Positions 23,105 through 36,454 of a stretch of 64,000 nt of DNA are shown here, piece by piece. Where the stretch lies: assembly GCA_054600435.1 (NCBI GenBank), contig BAAIJX010000003.1, positions 310,001 to 374,000 of the forward strand, written 5' to 3'. Each line of letters opens with the position of its first letter. The first letter of the stretch is position 1. The translations under genes were made by a program, and so were the position numbers. Source of the stretch: Neophaeotheca triangularis. Lineage: Eukaryota. The notes beneath the pieces were generated by a model, which searched no databases, had not been told where the DNA came from, and was given only the letters and a program-made list of their open reading frames with translations.

Positions 23105-25606
23105 ATGTCCTCGAAACGCCCTCTTCTGGCAGGGCACTTGAGTCACCATTCTGCCGCACCGAGCTCGTCGAGCACCACCGAGAGCCTTGGGGGCGAGAGG
23201 TCGCAAGGCGGGCGGCCGAAGAGATCGCTTGTCGACAATGCCTGCCTAGCCTGTCGGAAGCGCAAGTCAAAGGTCAGTCTCGTTTCAAGACCCAGCTCGG
23301 CATGCTGCACTTAGCAAGAGAGTACAAGCTGACACGACTGTCAGTGCGATGGCTTACGGTACAGTAACTTGCAGCATCACCGTCAGCGTACATCCTTTAC
23401 TGACCTGGTTTTCCTCAAAGACCAAAGTGCACCAGCTGCCAGAGCAAAGCAACCGAGTGCGAGTACGAAGCTGAAGAGGGCGAGAGCAGGCAGCGCGCCT
23501 TGCGACGTAAAATTGCCAGCCTGAACGCCAGCTTGGAAGAGGTAAAGGAACTGCTTTCTTTCGTCCAGGCCAGACCAGAAGGAGAGGCGCAGGAGATCTT
23601 TCAGCGGATACGAGCCAGCAACTTCGATGACCTTTTCAACATCCTGCGCCAGGCCAAGGATGGAGACTTCGTGGATCAGCCCGCTCGGACGATGCACCGT
23701 CTCCCGCCCATTCGATCCATTGTCGACGTCCCTGCATACTCTGGCATGCAGTCAACCGAGAGTCTCATGGCACCAGGGGTCTCCTTGACCGGAGACGAAG
23801 GAAGGCCTGTCGCCGGGAAAGATAGTTTTCCCTCTTCTTTCCTGCGTCCAGAGTTCAATGTACATGCGGCATTCTGGACGAAAGTGACGAGCAGTGATCA
23901 GCTTGTGTCTCACCTGCTTTCAGTGTATTTCAAGTCCGATCACTCCATTCACAACTTCTTCGACAAGGATCTTTTCCTTCAGGATCTGGTGTCTAGACGT
24001 ACCGTGTTCTGCTCATCGCTGTTGGTCAATGCCATTCTCGCTATAGCATGTGTAAGTACGCAGTTCTTGCAGACTTGTGCCAGGTTGATTCTCATGGTTT
24101 TGGCAGACATACTCCCCTCTGACCCGTGACGCTGTCGAGCCGTGGAAGAATGGTTCCATCCACATGGCCTTTCATAAAGAATCGGTGCGACTGTGGACTC
24201 TCGAGCAAATGCGCGACACTCTTACGACGATGCAAGCCGCCTACTTGATAACTTACGAATACAACAAAATGGGCCAGGACAAGATAGGGCTGTCTTATCA
24301 GGTACATGGCCTGCGCATGGCGAATAGCATGGGTTTGTTTCGAGTCTCTCCGCGCATCGCGGCCGCCAGGACCCCACGAGGTGTCACGGTTGAGGATTGG
24401 GAAAGAGCCAGGGCAGTGTCGGCATGGGAATCATACAATTACCAGGTGTGAGTTGGATATTTTGCGGGTGCGCCAGTCTGCTTGGACTTCCATGCTGACC
24501 CGGGCAGACTCACGAGCTTCTGCTTCCAATCATCGCCCCTACTCGGCCGCCAACCGCCTATTCCTATTCCAAGATACGCGCAGCAAAATCAAGATCGTAA
24601 GTCTGAACTCGTCACACAGCCGAGCTCTTCAGACAGCTAACAGATGTCGAAGCTGCAATCTTCGAAGCCTTCTGCCACCTCTCAGTCACCCAAAACGACA
24701 TCTGCACGGCCCTGTACGGTGTCGCGGGAGCCCTCTCCGGCTACCACCCTAGCCCTGAACAAACCGAGATCCACTTCCAAAGTCTCCTCTCTTTCCACAA
24801 CTCCCTCCCGGCCGCACTAAACATCGACCAAGACGCGAACAACGACGGTGAAAGATTAGTACTTCACATGACTTACTACTGCATTGTACTCCGTCTGTTC
24901 AAGCCGTTCCTCAACGCTCATACCAGTACTATCGAACGCACCGTACAATACCAAGAGCGAGCACGGGATGTCAGCAACAATGCTGCGAGACACCTGTGGG
25001 GTCTGCTAGTTCAATACCGGCAAAAGTACAACTTTACCACTTGCCCGGTCGTGCTTCTACAATTCATGGCAATCGGCGCGTACAGCGCTCTCGACGATTT
25101 GGCGCTGGGACCCGAATCCTCCATGGATCTGCAAGAGGTGGAACAGGCCTTTATCGTCTGCATACGCGGTTTGCGAACCCTGGGCGACAGCATCTACTTT
25201 GCTCAGGTGCGCACTATTCCCCTTCATCCATATCTCCCCGTACTAACCATGCCCCCTACTTCAGCCAGTCCTAAGAACCATCTCCATGACCGTCCGCAAC
25301 CTTCCCCATCACGTCGACCTCTCGCAAGAAGCCGACACCATACTCAGCTCCTACGACACGGAAGACTGGGTCAACAACGCTGCCAAGCACGTCCACAGCC
25401 AATATGCTGCTGACTGGCGAACCAACCAGGACCTCGACAGCATCCGTCTAGACAGTGAGTGAGCACTAAGCTGCCCAACTGCAGCAGCTTCAGAACCTGT
25501 CTCGCTAACCAACCCTTTCTTCCCCGCAGACCTCATTCAGGAGTGGAAAGACAACATGGTTTCCGAGAGCCATGGCAGCGAGGACGAGACAATGTCCACG
25601 TCCTGA
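23105..25606 (+). CDS. Zn(II)2Cys6 transcription factor with fungal-specific TF middle region (NirA-like), 687 aa, 8 exons
   Basis: Exons 23105-23272, 23345-23358, 23421-24051, 24107-24447, 24508-24596, 24653-25206, 25265-25454 and 25530-25606; all junctions GT-AG and in frame. Cluster [31 protein letters not shown]; also FWTKVTS...FDKDLFLQDL...FCSSLLVNAILA. Confidence 0.9.
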
Positions 25607-27405
25607 CGGCTCATCGAGAGCGAGGTTTTGCTCGAGCAGCGGCAGTCGCTGGTTGCTGTCGCTACGTTATGGTCGTGCGTACTAGCTAGGGAAAAAAGGA
25701 AGGAGAGGAACGCAGGGTGGCTCCCACGACTTGAAACGAACTGCATGCTACGCAGCGGCAAACGAATAACGCTACTATAGACCTATCCATTCGCCTTTGG
25801 CCCGTTGTTATTCATCGAGTAGGCCTTGTTTCGTGCGGCTTGCGCTTCCGTCTTTCAGCTTTCAGTGCCCAATGTACTCGTCTGCTGGTAGCGATGTAGG
25901 CTTGCACTCGTCCCGTGGTGTTGCCGTCTCAGAGCAGCGGATGACGTGTAGCGAGTGTATCGCTAGACCTCCCGGTTTTGCAAAGAGGCTTCATCCACAC
26001 TCAGTTTTGACCTCCCTGGTTACCACGACCTTTCTAGAGCAGAGCCTGCAGCGTTCCCGTCTGGCCTTCAGCCCACGTCACCTAGTGCCTCCTCAAGTGA
26101 GAGTCGTGGTCGGGAGCTTGTTTATGGTCGTCTTCGCTCTAACCTGTCGTTGCCGATACGATGGTGTATTGTTCCAAAGAGGCAAATTGAACCGTGGAAT
26201 GTCCTGCCTGCACCCATCCTCCGACTTTCCCTTCTCCCCAATGCCTACCGAAGCATTGATATTGCCGGTGCAATTGCCTTGTGGATATGACCCAAGTACA
26301 GCTGGAGTCGTTATGCCACCATCTTTGTTGAAACTGTTGTGGTTTGAAGATACGGCAGGGGATAGTTAGGGGCATTCTGGCCAGAGGCATTGGTCTAGGG
26401 CCGTGACGATGGGGACGACGGCGGCGAGCTCGCGTCGCACCTGGACGGCAGACCGGTCTCGCTCTAGCTGGGGCTACTGAGATACAGCGGAACCACTTCG
26501 CACTGCGTTGACTGCATGATGTAACGACAGGTGAACTGAAAGACATCGCGCTAACATCTCAATGCTGTGCGATTCCTCCGTTGTTATCCCTGGCAGCTCG
26601 AGACGCTGAGAACGGGCGCACTCGAATCCATGAGCCGGGAGGGAAGCTGAAATGCTCTTAGGCAGCTGAGAACTTGAGCCTGTAGCGTTGCCGCTGGAGC
26701 AGCGCCCGGGATGGCGATGGCAGTCTTTGCTGAGCATTTCAGGGATATCTCGGCATGCACATTGCAATCGATTCCAGTGATCCATGCCCTCGAAGCTTCA
26801 AGGAAATTGGGCCCGCCTGGCTGTCAAGTTGTAGAATAGGAAATACTGTATAGAGCCGCCAAGGACGTGGCATTTGTCTTATGCCACGTCCACATGGCGA
26901 CCACCCATCGCCTCTCGGTGGATCTTTGCTGGTACCTCGCTCCCTTCACAGGACTGATTCAACCGTGAAGTCTCAGCTAGCGGCTGCTGGTTCCCAATGA
27001 CCGGTGTAGCCCCGTCTGTACTCGTCGCCGAGTACAAGGCTGAAGACGACGGGCTTTTCCAGAGAGGTGGGTATCTTAATCTTCAACGGCGTGGAAAGAA
27101 GGTTTCGGAAGAAGCCGAGGGCGATGAAGTCGTGCCTTCCTCATTGAGTGTCTGCTATGACGACGGCCGACGTGCGTGAGCTCCCGTCGCCATGCAGCCG
27201 TCGACACGGGCCTCCTTCGCTACATGCACCGGGCACCTCAGTGAAGCTTTACAACCTCACCTCGCTTAATCCTCACCTAACTTACCCTCCTCACCTGGCT
27301 TCCTCACCTACTCTCCCTCGAATTACCATAATTACCCCTTCGCGCGCTGCGATCCCTTCTCTTCCCAACAACACAACCATCAACACCGACTCCGACACCG
27401 CCAAC

Positions 27406-29032
27406 ATGTCTCTAGAGGTATGGCGGACCGTCAGCTTCTGGCGCACTGAAGGCCCAGCAGCGGAACTAACCCCCGCCGAGCAGACAGACAACCGCCCGGT
27501 CTCGACCGTCTCCGCCGGAAACCCCGACGACGTCAACGAGAACGTCGTCGCCGCGAACGCCCAGGCCGACAGGCCACTCACGCGCTTTCTCGCCCGGGTC
27601 TGCAACCCAATGGTACGCCGCCACCTGGTTGCCTTCGTGGGCGAACTCATCGGCACCATCTGCTTCCTCTTCTTCGCCCTCGCGGGCCAGCAGGTCGCCA
27701 ACAACATGCGCCCGGAGCAGTGGAGCGGCCCTGGCATCACCTCCTTCGACCTTAACCCTCTCCGCGTCCTCTTCATCGCCTTCAGCTTCGGTGTCTCCTT
27801 TGCTGTCAACTCCTGGGCCTTCTTCCGTGTCACTGCTGGAATGTTTAACCCCGCCGTCACTCTCGGTCTCGTCATGAGCCGCAATATGACTATGGTCAGA
27901 GGTGTCTTCGTCTTCTCTGGCCAGCTGATTGGCGCTCTCATCGCTGCAGCTCTTGTAAGCGGCCTGTTTCCCGGCCAGCTACTGGCGCAGACGAGATTGA
28001 GCGAAGGAACCAGCATCGTGCGTGGCATATGTGAGTGACTGACCTACTTTCATCAAACCAAACAACTTGAAAGCTAACTTTTGCCCAGTCATCGAGGCCT
28101 TAATCACCGCCTGGTTCGTCTTCTGCGTCTTCAAGATCGCTGTGGAGAAAACCAAATGCGCAGATTACCGTGGCGAGTCCAAGATCAGCAGGATGTGCCA
28201 CAGCATTCTCACTGCCTTTGGCTTGGGCCTTATTCTCTTCATCGCCGAGCTCATAGGCATCAATTATACTGGCGGATCTTTCAATCCAGCCCGCTCGTTC
28301 GCCACCGCCGTTTTCACCACTTTCCCTGGCCACCACTGGATTTACTGGGTTGGCCCGTTCCTGGGCTCTCTCTTAGCGGTAGGATTCTACAAGATGACCA
28401 GGAAGCTTGAAAAGATCATTCGCGACCTCGACGAAGACGAGGAGTACGAAGCCTGGCTCCGTGAGCACAACCGCCGCAGCGCCGCCAACAGCGCCTACGA
28501 CCGCGATCGAGCTGCAATCCTTCACACCGGCATGCCTCTCGACGCAGTGAAAGAAGAAGCAGATCTCGAACGCGGCCCATCTTCCCAAGCAAGCAACCGT
28601 CGTCCATCATCGTCTCCGTCGAAGAATAATTCAAAGGGTGCCGACAGAGCAAACTCACTCCGTCAAAGCAAACACAGCAGGAAGATTAACAAACCCCCTC
28701 CTGCAGACTCAGGCTCCTCCCAGTACCACACCGGCTCCGACGGCGGCGGCAAAGTAAGCAGCAGCCACAACAATGTCCACTCCAAATCCCGTGCGCGAGC
28801 CAACACACCCACCCCACAGGAACTCCCACCCGTTCCCGACAACGACAGCGATGACAACCGCTCCATTCAAGCTACCCCCGACCTCTTACACACCAGAGGC
28901 GATACTCGCTCCGCTCAAGCTTCCCGTCAGTCAGGCGACGCGAACATCAACAACCTCGACGGCGTGGACGATGGCGAGCCCAGTCGCATGAGCATTATGA
29001 GCAAGAGGGAGAAGTTTATTGCCGGTGTTTGA
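27406..29032 (+). CDS. Aquaporin (MIP family, orthodox AQY-like) with a long disordered C-terminal tail, 522 aa
   Basis: Exons 27406-28030 and 28089-29032. AFVGELIGT, both NPA boxes (GMFNPAVT, GGSFNPARS) and HWIYWVGP. Confidence 0.93.
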
Positions 29033-30545
29033 AGCAGAGAAGCTGGCAAGACGGTGCGTTTCGGCTCGCTTTGAGCTGTTTGCGTGGTTTTGTCGGTTTT
29101 GGAGGGCCAGTGATGAGAGATGGGCAGAGAGGACCTCGGGAATGAAGCGCGGTGCGATGCGGACAGAAAGATTTGATTGCTCGTTCAATCGGTCTGGATG
29201 TTTCTGCTTTCTTCTTTGTCCCCCTTTAGCTGGGGCTGCTGGGTTAGCCGGTCGACACGTAGTACTTGACAAATGCCATGAAATGGAACAACATTTCAAC
29301 ACAATGGTATTCACAAAATTTCACCCTATGCTCATCGAGACCGTGCGACAAAACTTGTAAAGGAGAACAATGCATCCATGTGCACCTACATACACGCTGC
29401 GAGTCTTTGGAGACCTACCGACATAACGTACCTGCACTACGACCACTCTCGAATCCAACAAACCCTTCTCCCCCCAGCAAACTCTACGTATCCCCGTCCC
29501 CTGCCCTCCTTTTCCTCTCCGAGGTGTAGTCTGAGCTACGAGCAACCCAACTCTCACCCCTTGCCAATAACAGGGGAAAGCTCCTATCCAGCGCACGGGT
29601 CCTTTCTGCTCTACATACGCCCGGCTCTTGCAATCTTATCCGCCGCGAGCATTGATGCGGAATAGACCGCGATGAGCCGCTGGCAGTGTTCGCTACGTGG
29701 AGAAAGCTATCCCGTGGTTTGTGCTGTTCGGTTACTCGGCTTGAGCGACTTTTCGGATGGTTCTCTTCGCGAGTGGTGTTGTGCTGTGCTGTGCGGGATG
29801 TGCTGGGTTGGGCTTGGTCGCGGGACGTCGGGAGATGCGGGTTTGGTGCGAAGAAGTGTGTCGGTGTTGGTTAGTATAGTAGGTTAGTCGGTAGGTAGGT
29901 AGGTAGGCAGGCAGGCAGTAAGGCAGCCAGGTCTTGCTAGGTAAGGTAGTAGTGAACTGAAAAGACCAAGATGACGTGTTGTTGCGTGTGAACTGCTATG
30001 AGAGCGATGCGAACGACGAAAGCCATTCGCGATGGGTTCTCGGACATGCAAACGCGGAGTTGAGTTCATGAGGCAAGGTATAAGTTACCGCCCCGTACAG
30101 TACGCGCTCTTCCCCCACCCACAGAAAGACGGCAGAGAGGTAGGTGAAAAAGTCGTTGACGCGCTGCATGCAGGTGGCTTGCGTCGCTTTCGCAAGCCTC
30201 CCCTCCCACCTGGGCAAGCGCCGGATCGGCAGCGGTGGCCCCTGAATTGGATTCGATCACGGCGGAGCTGGTCTAGACGCCAAGATCCCAAGTCTACTAG
30301 TAGGAAGTACCTGAGGTCGGCTTGCTTGGGACTTGCACTGCCTCACTCATTCTTTGCTGCCTTTTTCGTATTATTTTATTATTTCTGTTACATTTGTGCA
30401 TTGTGTGTTGTGATTGTCTTGTTTTGTATGGGCGGTGATTCACGGGAGATGAGGCAGGAGGGGAGGGGAGGGTGGTGTTGGGAGAAGGGGGAGGAGGAGT
30501 GGTCGGATATTTAATGGCTGGATTGTAAGTCATGTAGCAAGTAAT

Positions 30546-30598
30546 AGTTGTTGTTAATATTATTATTGATGTTGTTGTCGTTGTTGTCATCATCATCA

Positions 30599-30629
<31 letters not shown>

Positions 30630-30633
30630 TGTC
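30546..30633. repeat. Compound trinucleotide microsatellite (GTT/ATT/ATC/GTC)n upstream of the FLC gene
   Basis: Successive runs of gtt, att, gtt, atc and about 9 gtc units, seen directly. Confidence 0.9.
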
Positions 30634-31208
30634 TTGGTCCACGTTCTTGGAAAAGGTGACAAGAGAGTCGTCATGCTCCCGCCTTCTCCAGCCAACCAAA
30701 AAGACGACGCCGCGCAACGAGTTCGCAGCCCCGGACTTTGGCAAACTTAACTAATTCGGGCTTGAGCCTTGCATCGACTACTGCTGCCACTCTATCGCCA
30801 CACCACACCACACCACGCCAACCCTAGCCTGCTTGCTTCTCCTCTTTCCTCTTCCAACCTCACCGTCACCACCCACCCATACCTACCTACCTACCTCTAC
30901 CTACAGTACCTGCCGACTCGACTCTACTGCGCCCATCCTTCTTCCGCCCTCCGCCCCTGACTCTACTATTGTCGCTCGTTCCAGAGGGCTCTACCACAAC
31001 AACAATCATCACGCCATTACGACTTGCACCCGCTGCTACAATAGTAACCGAATAATCTAATACCACAACCACTCTCTACCTGACTGCACCGCTTCCCACC
31101 TCTATCCGGCTTCAAAGCCGCGACTTCCGGAGGTCGACACCTCCTCAAACCACCCACCACACGAGCACGACACACCATCGTGCCACAACTACACACCCAC
31201 CGTCCATC

Positions 31209-33578
31209 ATGCGACCGACGACAATAACAACCCTGCTGACCTCCCTCCTCCTCGCCCTCCTCCCCGCCACCGCCTCCGCCGAACGCCTACTCAGATCTTC
31301 CTCCCTCAACCGCTGTCAGGAAGACAGCCAATTTAGCGCCACCCTCTTCGACGTCGTCTTCACCCCCAGCAATGGAACCCTCGCTTTTGACGTTGTCGGC
31401 GTGAGCGGTATCGAGGGAAATGTCACGATTGAGTTGGTAGTATTTGCATACGGCTTGGATGTCTTCCACGAGGTCATCAACCCTTGCGATACCGATTTGC
31501 AAGGCTTGTGTCCCATGAACCAGGGTCAGATCAATTTGAACAGTAATGCCGAGTTGCCTGGCGAGGCGCTGGATGCTGTGCCTGGTGAGTCTACGATGAG
31601 GAAGAGACAAGAGGGATAGACACTGTTCGTGCCGTTATACTTACTTATTCACCTAGGCATCGCATACACTGTGCCTGATCTTGACGCTAGAGTACAAGTC
31701 TACTTCAACCGTACAGACACTGGTGAATCCGTGGCATGCGTGGAAGCTGAACTCTCAAACGGCAAAACGGTGGACCAAAAAGGTGTAGCATGGACTGTCG
31801 CAGTCATTTCAGGTCTTGCGCTTGTCGCATCAGCCATCACTTCCGGACTGGGACATTCCAACACCGCGGCTCACGTTGCAGCCAACGCGATGGCTCTCTT
31901 CGGTTATTTCCAGGCTCAGGCTTTCATCGGTATGACCGCCGTGCCGCTTCCTCCCATTGTCGCTTCCTGGACACAAAACTTTCAATGGAGCATGGGTATC
32001 ATCAGGATCGGCTTCGTGCAGGACATTGCGACCTGGTATCAGCGATCTACTGGCGGCGAACCCTCAACCGTACTGTCGGATCTGGGAACCGCCTCTGTGC
32101 AGGTCCAGAAGAGGGCTCTGCCTATGCTCAAGGAAATGACCAAGCGCGCGGCTTACGAATTGCACAACGCCATTCTCGGAAAGCGCAGCAATGCTGGTAG
32201 CAATGTTGGAAACGGAGACACTTCCAACGCTGTCGTCGTGCGCGGTATCGAGCGTGTTGGTTTCCGCGCCCGCATCGAGCTTACCAACATCTTCCTTACC
32301 GGCTACATCTTCCTCGTCGCCTTCGTTCTTTTCGTCGTTGTCGGCGTTGTTTTGTTCAAACTCATCTGCGAAGGCCTTACTAAGATGGGCCGTCTAAAGG
32401 GCGACAAGTTCAAGGACTTCCGCAATGGGTGGACTACGGTGCTCAAAGGCATTCTCTTCCGTGTCGTTCTTATCGGCTTCACGCAGATGGCCGTCCTCTG
32501 TTTCTGGGAATTCACCCGCAATGATTCACCTGCCGAAGTCGTCCTGGCCGTCTTTACAATCTTCGGCATGATTGCTGTCCTCGCCTGGGCATGCAGCAAA
32601 GTCATTCGTCTGGCTCGCAGGAGTATCGCCATGCACAAGAATCCAGCCTACATCCTCTACTCGGATCCTGTCTCGCTTAACAAGTGGGGCTTCCTCTACG
32701 TCCAGTTCAAGGCCACTGCCTACTGGTTCATCACCGTCTTCTTGGTGTACATCCTCATCAAGGGAATGTTCGTCGGCCTCGGCCAAGGAAGTGGCACAAT
32801 GCAAGCTATTGCCCTTGTCATCATCGAGGCCCTCTTCCTCATCACCGTCTGCGTCCTCACCCCCTGGATGGACAAGAAGACGAATGCCTTCAACATCTCC
32901 ATCGCCGTCATCAACTTCCTCAGCGCCATATTCCTCTTGATTTTTACCGAAGTCTTTGGGCAGCCAGTAAGTTTACAGACAAAGCTAGCTCAATCTATAA
33001 CTCCCCAAAACTAACCATCTTTCCTTCAGGGCATCGTCACTGGCGTCGTTGGCGTAATCTTCTTCATCATGAACGCCATCTTTGCCCTCGTCCTCCTAAT
33101 CATTGTCCTCGTTGCCTCCGTCATAGCAATCGTCAGCAAAAACCCCGACACCCGCTACCAGCCCATGCGCGACGACCGCGGCAGTTTCATCAAATCCCAA
33201 ACCAACATGACAACTGAACTCGACGCCCTAGGCGCAACGGCCCGCGGCGAGAGCAAACACGGCTACCACTCGGACCCGCGCAAGGCCGCGCGCATCGAAG
33301 ATGACGAGGAGTCCAGCAACTGGAGCAGCAGTCAGTCCGTGCCGCAGGTTCGGCAACAGGCTATGTACAAAAGCGACTCTTACCAGGGCGATGGTGGGTA
33401 CCAGCCACCGAGGAGCCCGATTTCTCCCTCTGCTTTTGGCGATGCTGGGGCCGGGGGTAGGCATGAGAATCCCAGTTACAATTCGGGTATGGCTTATGGC
33501 GGGTATGGAGGCAGTGGGGAGGATTATCGGCGGCAGCAGAATGCTTCACCATGGCAGAGGGGGGCTGGGTATGAATGA
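31209..33578 (+). CDS. FLC-family / TRP-like (Pkd2-related) membrane protein (flavin carrier / Ca2+ channel-like), 744 aa
   Basis: Exons 31209-31584, 31657-32966 and 33030-33578. Signal peptide; ML-like TRP_N domain (LCPM...PGIAYTVPDLD...ACVEAELSNGKTV); PPIVASWTQNFQWSMG; multiple TM helices; KWGFLYVQFKA; RYQPMRDDRGSF; terminal SPWQRGAGYE. Confidence 0.93.
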
Positions 33579-34067
33579 GGCTTGAGATTCGAACGTCTTG
33601 TCCACGCGGGAAAGGAGTGGGATGGTGTTTGTTTCCAAAACGGGCAAGGATTAGGTGGTTTTAACGTCTGGAGTTCTTTTTTTTTTTTCTCTCCTGTTCT
33701 TCTTCATGCACTTGTTTCGACTAGGCTAGGCTGGTTTCGACTACTACTACTACTACCACCATTACCACTACTACCGAGGGAAAGGGAAGCAATCTTATGA
33801 TACTTGTGTTTCTTGGACTTGGTCCTTTCTCAGACAGTTGGCTAAAGGCCTTGCGAAGACATTGCTGCTCGTACCGCTGGCAGGACAACCTATTTCATTA
33901 TCGATAGCTGCTCTTTCGCTACGGGGGACGAGGGGTTGGCTTTGTACTATCAAGAGCTCTCTATAGTAACGTAGGAGAATAAGATAGTCGCCAGCTTTCC
34001 GCGTCTTTCCACCGCTGCACCAACCAGATCCCGTCAAAGCCACGAGATGCTCCGACAAGGAAGGGGA

Positions 34068-34086
34068 GGGGGGGGGGGGGGGGGGG
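34068..34086. repeat. Poly-G tract (G19)
   Basis: Homopolymer seen directly in intergenic DNA; it has G-quadruplex potential. Confidence 0.9.
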
Positions 34087-34916
34087 AAGGTAGTCGTCTT
34101 TCTACACCGAAGCCGACAAGTCCTTCCCGAGTGCTACAAACCCTTACCTTATAAGTGCTCAGCTATGCCGGGTTTTCCGCCCATATAGACGAGGTCCGAG
34201 CGACTGAACAGCGCTGGATCCTGACCCAGGTTCTTGCGCTTTGGGTGAGCAAGAGGTATGTATCGGTGTACTCTCGTTTTGGATGGGAATGCGCTTCGAG
34301 AGCTGTCGTTCGCAGTCCTTTTTGCGCTTTGGGGTGTCGACTGTTATGTGGTATTGGGGTTGTTGCCAATGGAAGGAATTTTTCACTTTGGCCGGCTTGA
34401 ACCATAGGTAGTCTTTGATTTCTTCGAGAGGGGGAAGCCTCGCTGCTCTTGACTAGACGGCTGCAGCCCACAGGTATCTGGACGGTTTCTGGACACGTCT
34501 TATATTTAGGATCCGAATACAACTTCTGTTCCTGGGTAAGGTACGTGAAGGCGGAGCTCTACCCCGACTTTGAGTAACCTCGTTCCCCACTTTGAAGAGT
34601 GACGTTGGCGGGTTTACCGCCGGGAATAAGCTCACTGGCGCTGGCAGTCGGTTAACCATTGTAGAGATGCCACGGTTATGTTGGTCTTGGGACTGGTGCC
34701 AGTCCGATAGACTTCCTCTCCGTCTTTCCTTGACAAAGAAACAAGCAAGACTGTGAATCACGGATCAGACGGTAGATACACGCGCAGGGACTATAACTCG
34801 AGACGTGTACGAGATACCAAAGACACCTAGCTCTTGCGCAAACCTGGGAACAGGAATCCAGATAACAAACAAACCCCAAATCTACGGATCAGGAACGTAA
34901 AATCAAGAAAAGAGCC

Positions 34917-36353
34917 ATGGCGACCCCCAACGGAACTTTCAACAATGGCCCCACCGCTACGGCAAAAGAAATCCCAGCAACAACCCTCCTCGCAACCTTT
35001 GTCGCCACAGCCAACCCAGACACCCACCTCACCCCAGCCCTCCGCGACAAAACCAAAGAAGTCCTAATCGACTACCTCGGCGTCGCAGCCGGCGCGCTGC
35101 AAAACGCAAACTCCACGCCTGCCATCCTCGACGCCGTCCGCAAACTCCAAGGACCCGGTAATACCGGTCCCTGCTCGGTGCTAGCCCAAGGGGCCCGCGG
35201 CTGGCTACCGCAATTCGCGGGCATGTTGAACGCGGCGCTCGGGCACAGTCTGGACTTTGACGATACGTACGCGCCGGGGACTTTGCATGCAGGGGTTACG
35301 GCGGTTCCGGCTGCGTTGGCTGCGGCCGAGGAGGGGGAGGAAGGGGGGACCAGCAGTGAGCGGTTCATGCTCGCGGTTGCGGTGGGGTATGAGGTGACTT
35401 GTCGGCTGGGAAGGGAGTTGGGGTATGGGGCGTACAGTCGCGGGTTTCATAACACGGGGACGGCCGGGGTTTTTGGGGCTGTGGCTGCGATTGCGGTGGT
35501 GAGGGGGTTGGGGATGGAGATTGTGGAGGCGGCTTTTGGGCTTGCGGGGAGTAAGGCTGCGGGGAGTATGCAGTATTTAGATAACGGGAGCTGGAATAAG
35601 CGGCTGCATCCCGGGTTCGCGGTGCATGATGGGTTTGTCTGTGTAGGGCTGGCGGAGGCAGGGGTGGTGGGGGCTACTCGGGCGTTGGAGGGGAAGCATG
35701 GGTTTTTGCAGGCGTATTCGCCAAGCGGGGATGTGGATTTGGCGAGGTTGACTGGGGGCTTGGGAAGGGACTGGGAGTTTTTGAAGAGTAGTCTGAAGCC
35801 TTGGTCGGCTTGTCGAATGACGCATGGGTTTATTGAGATGGCTGGGAAGTTTTGCTCGAGGAGGGACGGCGTTGCGTCGAAAGATATCAGAGCTGTCACC
35901 TTGTGGCTGAGTCCGTCAAACTTCCTGTTGGTGGGCGATCCGATCCCGAACAAGATTCGACCTTCGAATGTCATCGATGCGCAGTTCTCGGCTTATTTCC
36001 AAGTCGCGAACGCCTTGCTGTATGGATCGAGTACTGGCTTGGAAGCGTATCGCAAGCTATCGGATTCATCGATTCAGGAAGTCTGCGCCAAAACCAACGT
36101 GGAGCAGGATGTGGGCATGGTGGGCTTTTCCTGCAAGATCCGCGTCGAATGGGTGGATGGGGCTGTCGATGAAGAGGTCATGCAGTATCCGCTGGGGGAG
36201 GAACAGCATCCTTTCACCAGAGATAGAGTCGATGAAAAATTCCTTTCTTTAGCAACGCCGGTGTATGGCGATGAAAAGGCTAGGAAGGTGATTGAACTGG
36301 TTGATGGTTTGGAGAGCCATAGCGTAGAGCAGCTGCTAAACCTCATACAATAG
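34917..36353 (+). CDS. MmgE/PrpD family protein (2-methylcitrate dehydratase / cis-aconitate decarboxylase superfamily), 478 aa, intronless
   Basis: NAALGHSLDFDDT, LHAG, GYEVTCRLG, GFHNTGTAGVFGA, KRLHPG, EGKHGF, KPWSACRMTH and AQFS motifs. Confidence 0.93.
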   Translation: MATPNGTFNNGPTATAKEIPATTLLATFVATANPDTHLTPALRDKTKEVLIDYLGVAAGALQNANSTPAILDAVRKLQGPGNTGPCSVLAQGARGWLPQFAGMLNAALGHSLDFDDTYAPGTLHAGVTAVPAALAAAEEGEEGGTSSERFMLAVAVGYEVTCRLGRELGYGAYSRGFHNTGTAGVFGAVAAIAVVRGLGMEIVEAAFGLAGSKAAGSMQYLDNGSWNKRLHPGFAVHDGFVCVGLAEAGVVGATRALEGKHGFLQAYSPSGDVDLARLTGGLGRDWEFLKSSLKPWSACRMTHGFIEMAGKFCSRRDGVASKDIRAVTLWLSPSNFLLVGDPIPNKIRPSNVIDAQFSAYFQVANALLYGSSTGLEAYRKLSDSSIQEVCAKTNVEQDVGMVGFSCKIRVEWVDGAVDEEVMQYPLGEEQHPFTRDRVDEKFLSLATPVYGDEKARKVIELVDGLESHSVEQLLNLIQ

Positions 36354-36454
36354 CGCGAATACAACTAGTAGCCATGTTGTCGTCTCGATTGGGAAGGGAA
36401 GAAGCCAGTCCGGTCAGACTGCGGCCCGTTGCCGCAGGTCGAAATCTTGGCATC

